Part shown: positions 41,768 through 42,406 of the stretch, piece by piece
Numbering within the stretch: position 1 is the first letter of the stretch
Layout of the letters: every line of letters begins with the position of its first letter
Source: Burkholderiales bacterium
GTDB taxonomy: Bacteria; Pseudomonadota; Gammaproteobacteria; Burkholderiales; Burkholderiaceae_C
Length of the DNA: 42,406 bases
Reading direction: 5' to 3'
NCBI GenBank assembly: GCA_038249925.1
Contig: JBBSCV010000001.1
Span: 1-42,406, forward strand
Translations under genes and position numbers: made by a program
The notes under the pieces: generated by a model
Database searches by the model: none
What the model was told of the DNA's origin: nothing
Seen by the model: only the letters and a program-made list of their open reading frames with translations

Positions 41768-42406
41768 TCAGATTGCTTCACCAGCCCGCGAATGCGCAAT
41801 GCTGGCCAGAAACAGGCCAATTCGCCAAGCCTGCCCCTCGGCCTCGCCGTTGGGGCTGCAGAGCTGAACTCCGACCCAGCGCGCGTACGACTTGGCCTGG
41901 CTGCTTGAAGTCCCTGGTGATGGCAAGCGCTTCACCGCGAGCTCTCGGGCGCGGACTGCCCGAAACCAGTGGGGCAATTTTGTGTCCGCAGGATCAACGC
42001 GTCTGACGGTCAACCGGCTCCGCTCCGGCACCAGTCCCGCGATGTCCATCATCTTCAGGAACGTACGGGCGTCCTTTTCGTCCTTTTCGCCTCGAAAGCA
42101 CACGTCATTTCGGCGCAGGTTGAAACGAAGTGTCGCTATCTGAAGTGCCTGTCGAAGAAGTTCTGGATGGTTGGCCGCCATGCTGTCGAACCTCTTTGTA
42201 AGGTCGACAAGCGCCTTGACAGTGGGGCGATGCAGATCGACATCTGGCGCGGGAACAGCCTTGATGTTGTCTCCGTTCACGACGCTAGGAGCCTTCATGC
42301 CGAAAGCGGGCGCAAGAGCGCGCGCTGAATCGAGCCAGCACTGCACGGTCAACGCGCTCACACCGCACGTTTGAGCAACCTCCGCCTGTCGCTCTGGATG
42401 CGAATC
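41768..42406 (-). CDS. C-terminal part of an unidentified protein (frame open to window edge)
   Basis: No stop from 42406 to 41768; begins DSHPERQAEVAQTCGVSALTVQCWLDSA (HTH-like). Confidence 0.6.
   Translation of the reverse strand, partial: DSHPERQAEVAQTCGVSALTVQCWLDSARALAPAFGMKAPSVVNGDNIKAVPAPDVDLHRPTVKALVDLTKRFDSMAANHPELLRQALQIATLRFNLRRNDVCFRGEKDEKDARTFLKMMDIAGLVPERSRLTVRRVDPADTKLPHWFRAVRARELAVKRLPSPGTSSSQAKSYARWVGVQLCSPNGEAEGQAWRIGLFLASIAHSRAGEAI

Larger units (their letters stand above)
22500..42406. mobile_element. tRNA-Met-anchored genomic/defence island (right boundary not in window)
   Basis: Abrupt switch from housekeeping to accessory genes after the tRNA; arm-like repeats; tyrosine integrase with xis-like and XRE genes; defence-type cargo; gene remnants. 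Confidence 0.8.

Noticed and set aside
22500-42406. Prophage, ICE or integron interpretation; second copy of the tRNA 3' end (attR)
   Set aside because: No capsid, terminase, T4SS or relaxase genes; the integrase has an arm-binding domain rather than IntI features; no convincing attC sites or tRNA-end duplicate seen in the window

Overview
High-GC betaproteobacterial (Burkholderiales-like) chromosome window in three parts. (1) 1-15.8 kb: 3' end of tuf and the S10, spc and alpha ribosomal protein clusters (rpsJ to rplQ, with secY, infA, rpmJ, rpoA). A peroxiredoxin gene sits between rpsQ and rplN. (2) 15.8-22.5 kb: VF530/DUF2132 protein, HU-like protein, modABC with divergent modE and its palindromic operator, a large secreted protein with remote lysyl-oxidase-like motifs, and an initiator tRNA-Met. 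(3) 22.5 kb to the window end: an accessory island anchored at the tRNA 3' end, with att-arm-like repeats and an XRE / excisionase-like / tyrosine integrase module. It carries three large single-gene nuclease-plus-NTPase proteins that look like anti-phage systems: a SAM-methyltransferase-PLD-SF2 helicase-S24-like-DUF3427 fusion (extended SauUSI-like), a STAND/NACHT NTPase with a C-terminal PD-(D/E)XK-like nuclease, and a RelE-like-UvrD helicase-ankyrin fusion, which is the best candidate for an undescribed system. The island also holds a T5orf172 protein, an orphan Xre/MbcA-type antitoxin and gene remnants. All domain calls come from reading motifs by eye, not from database searches.
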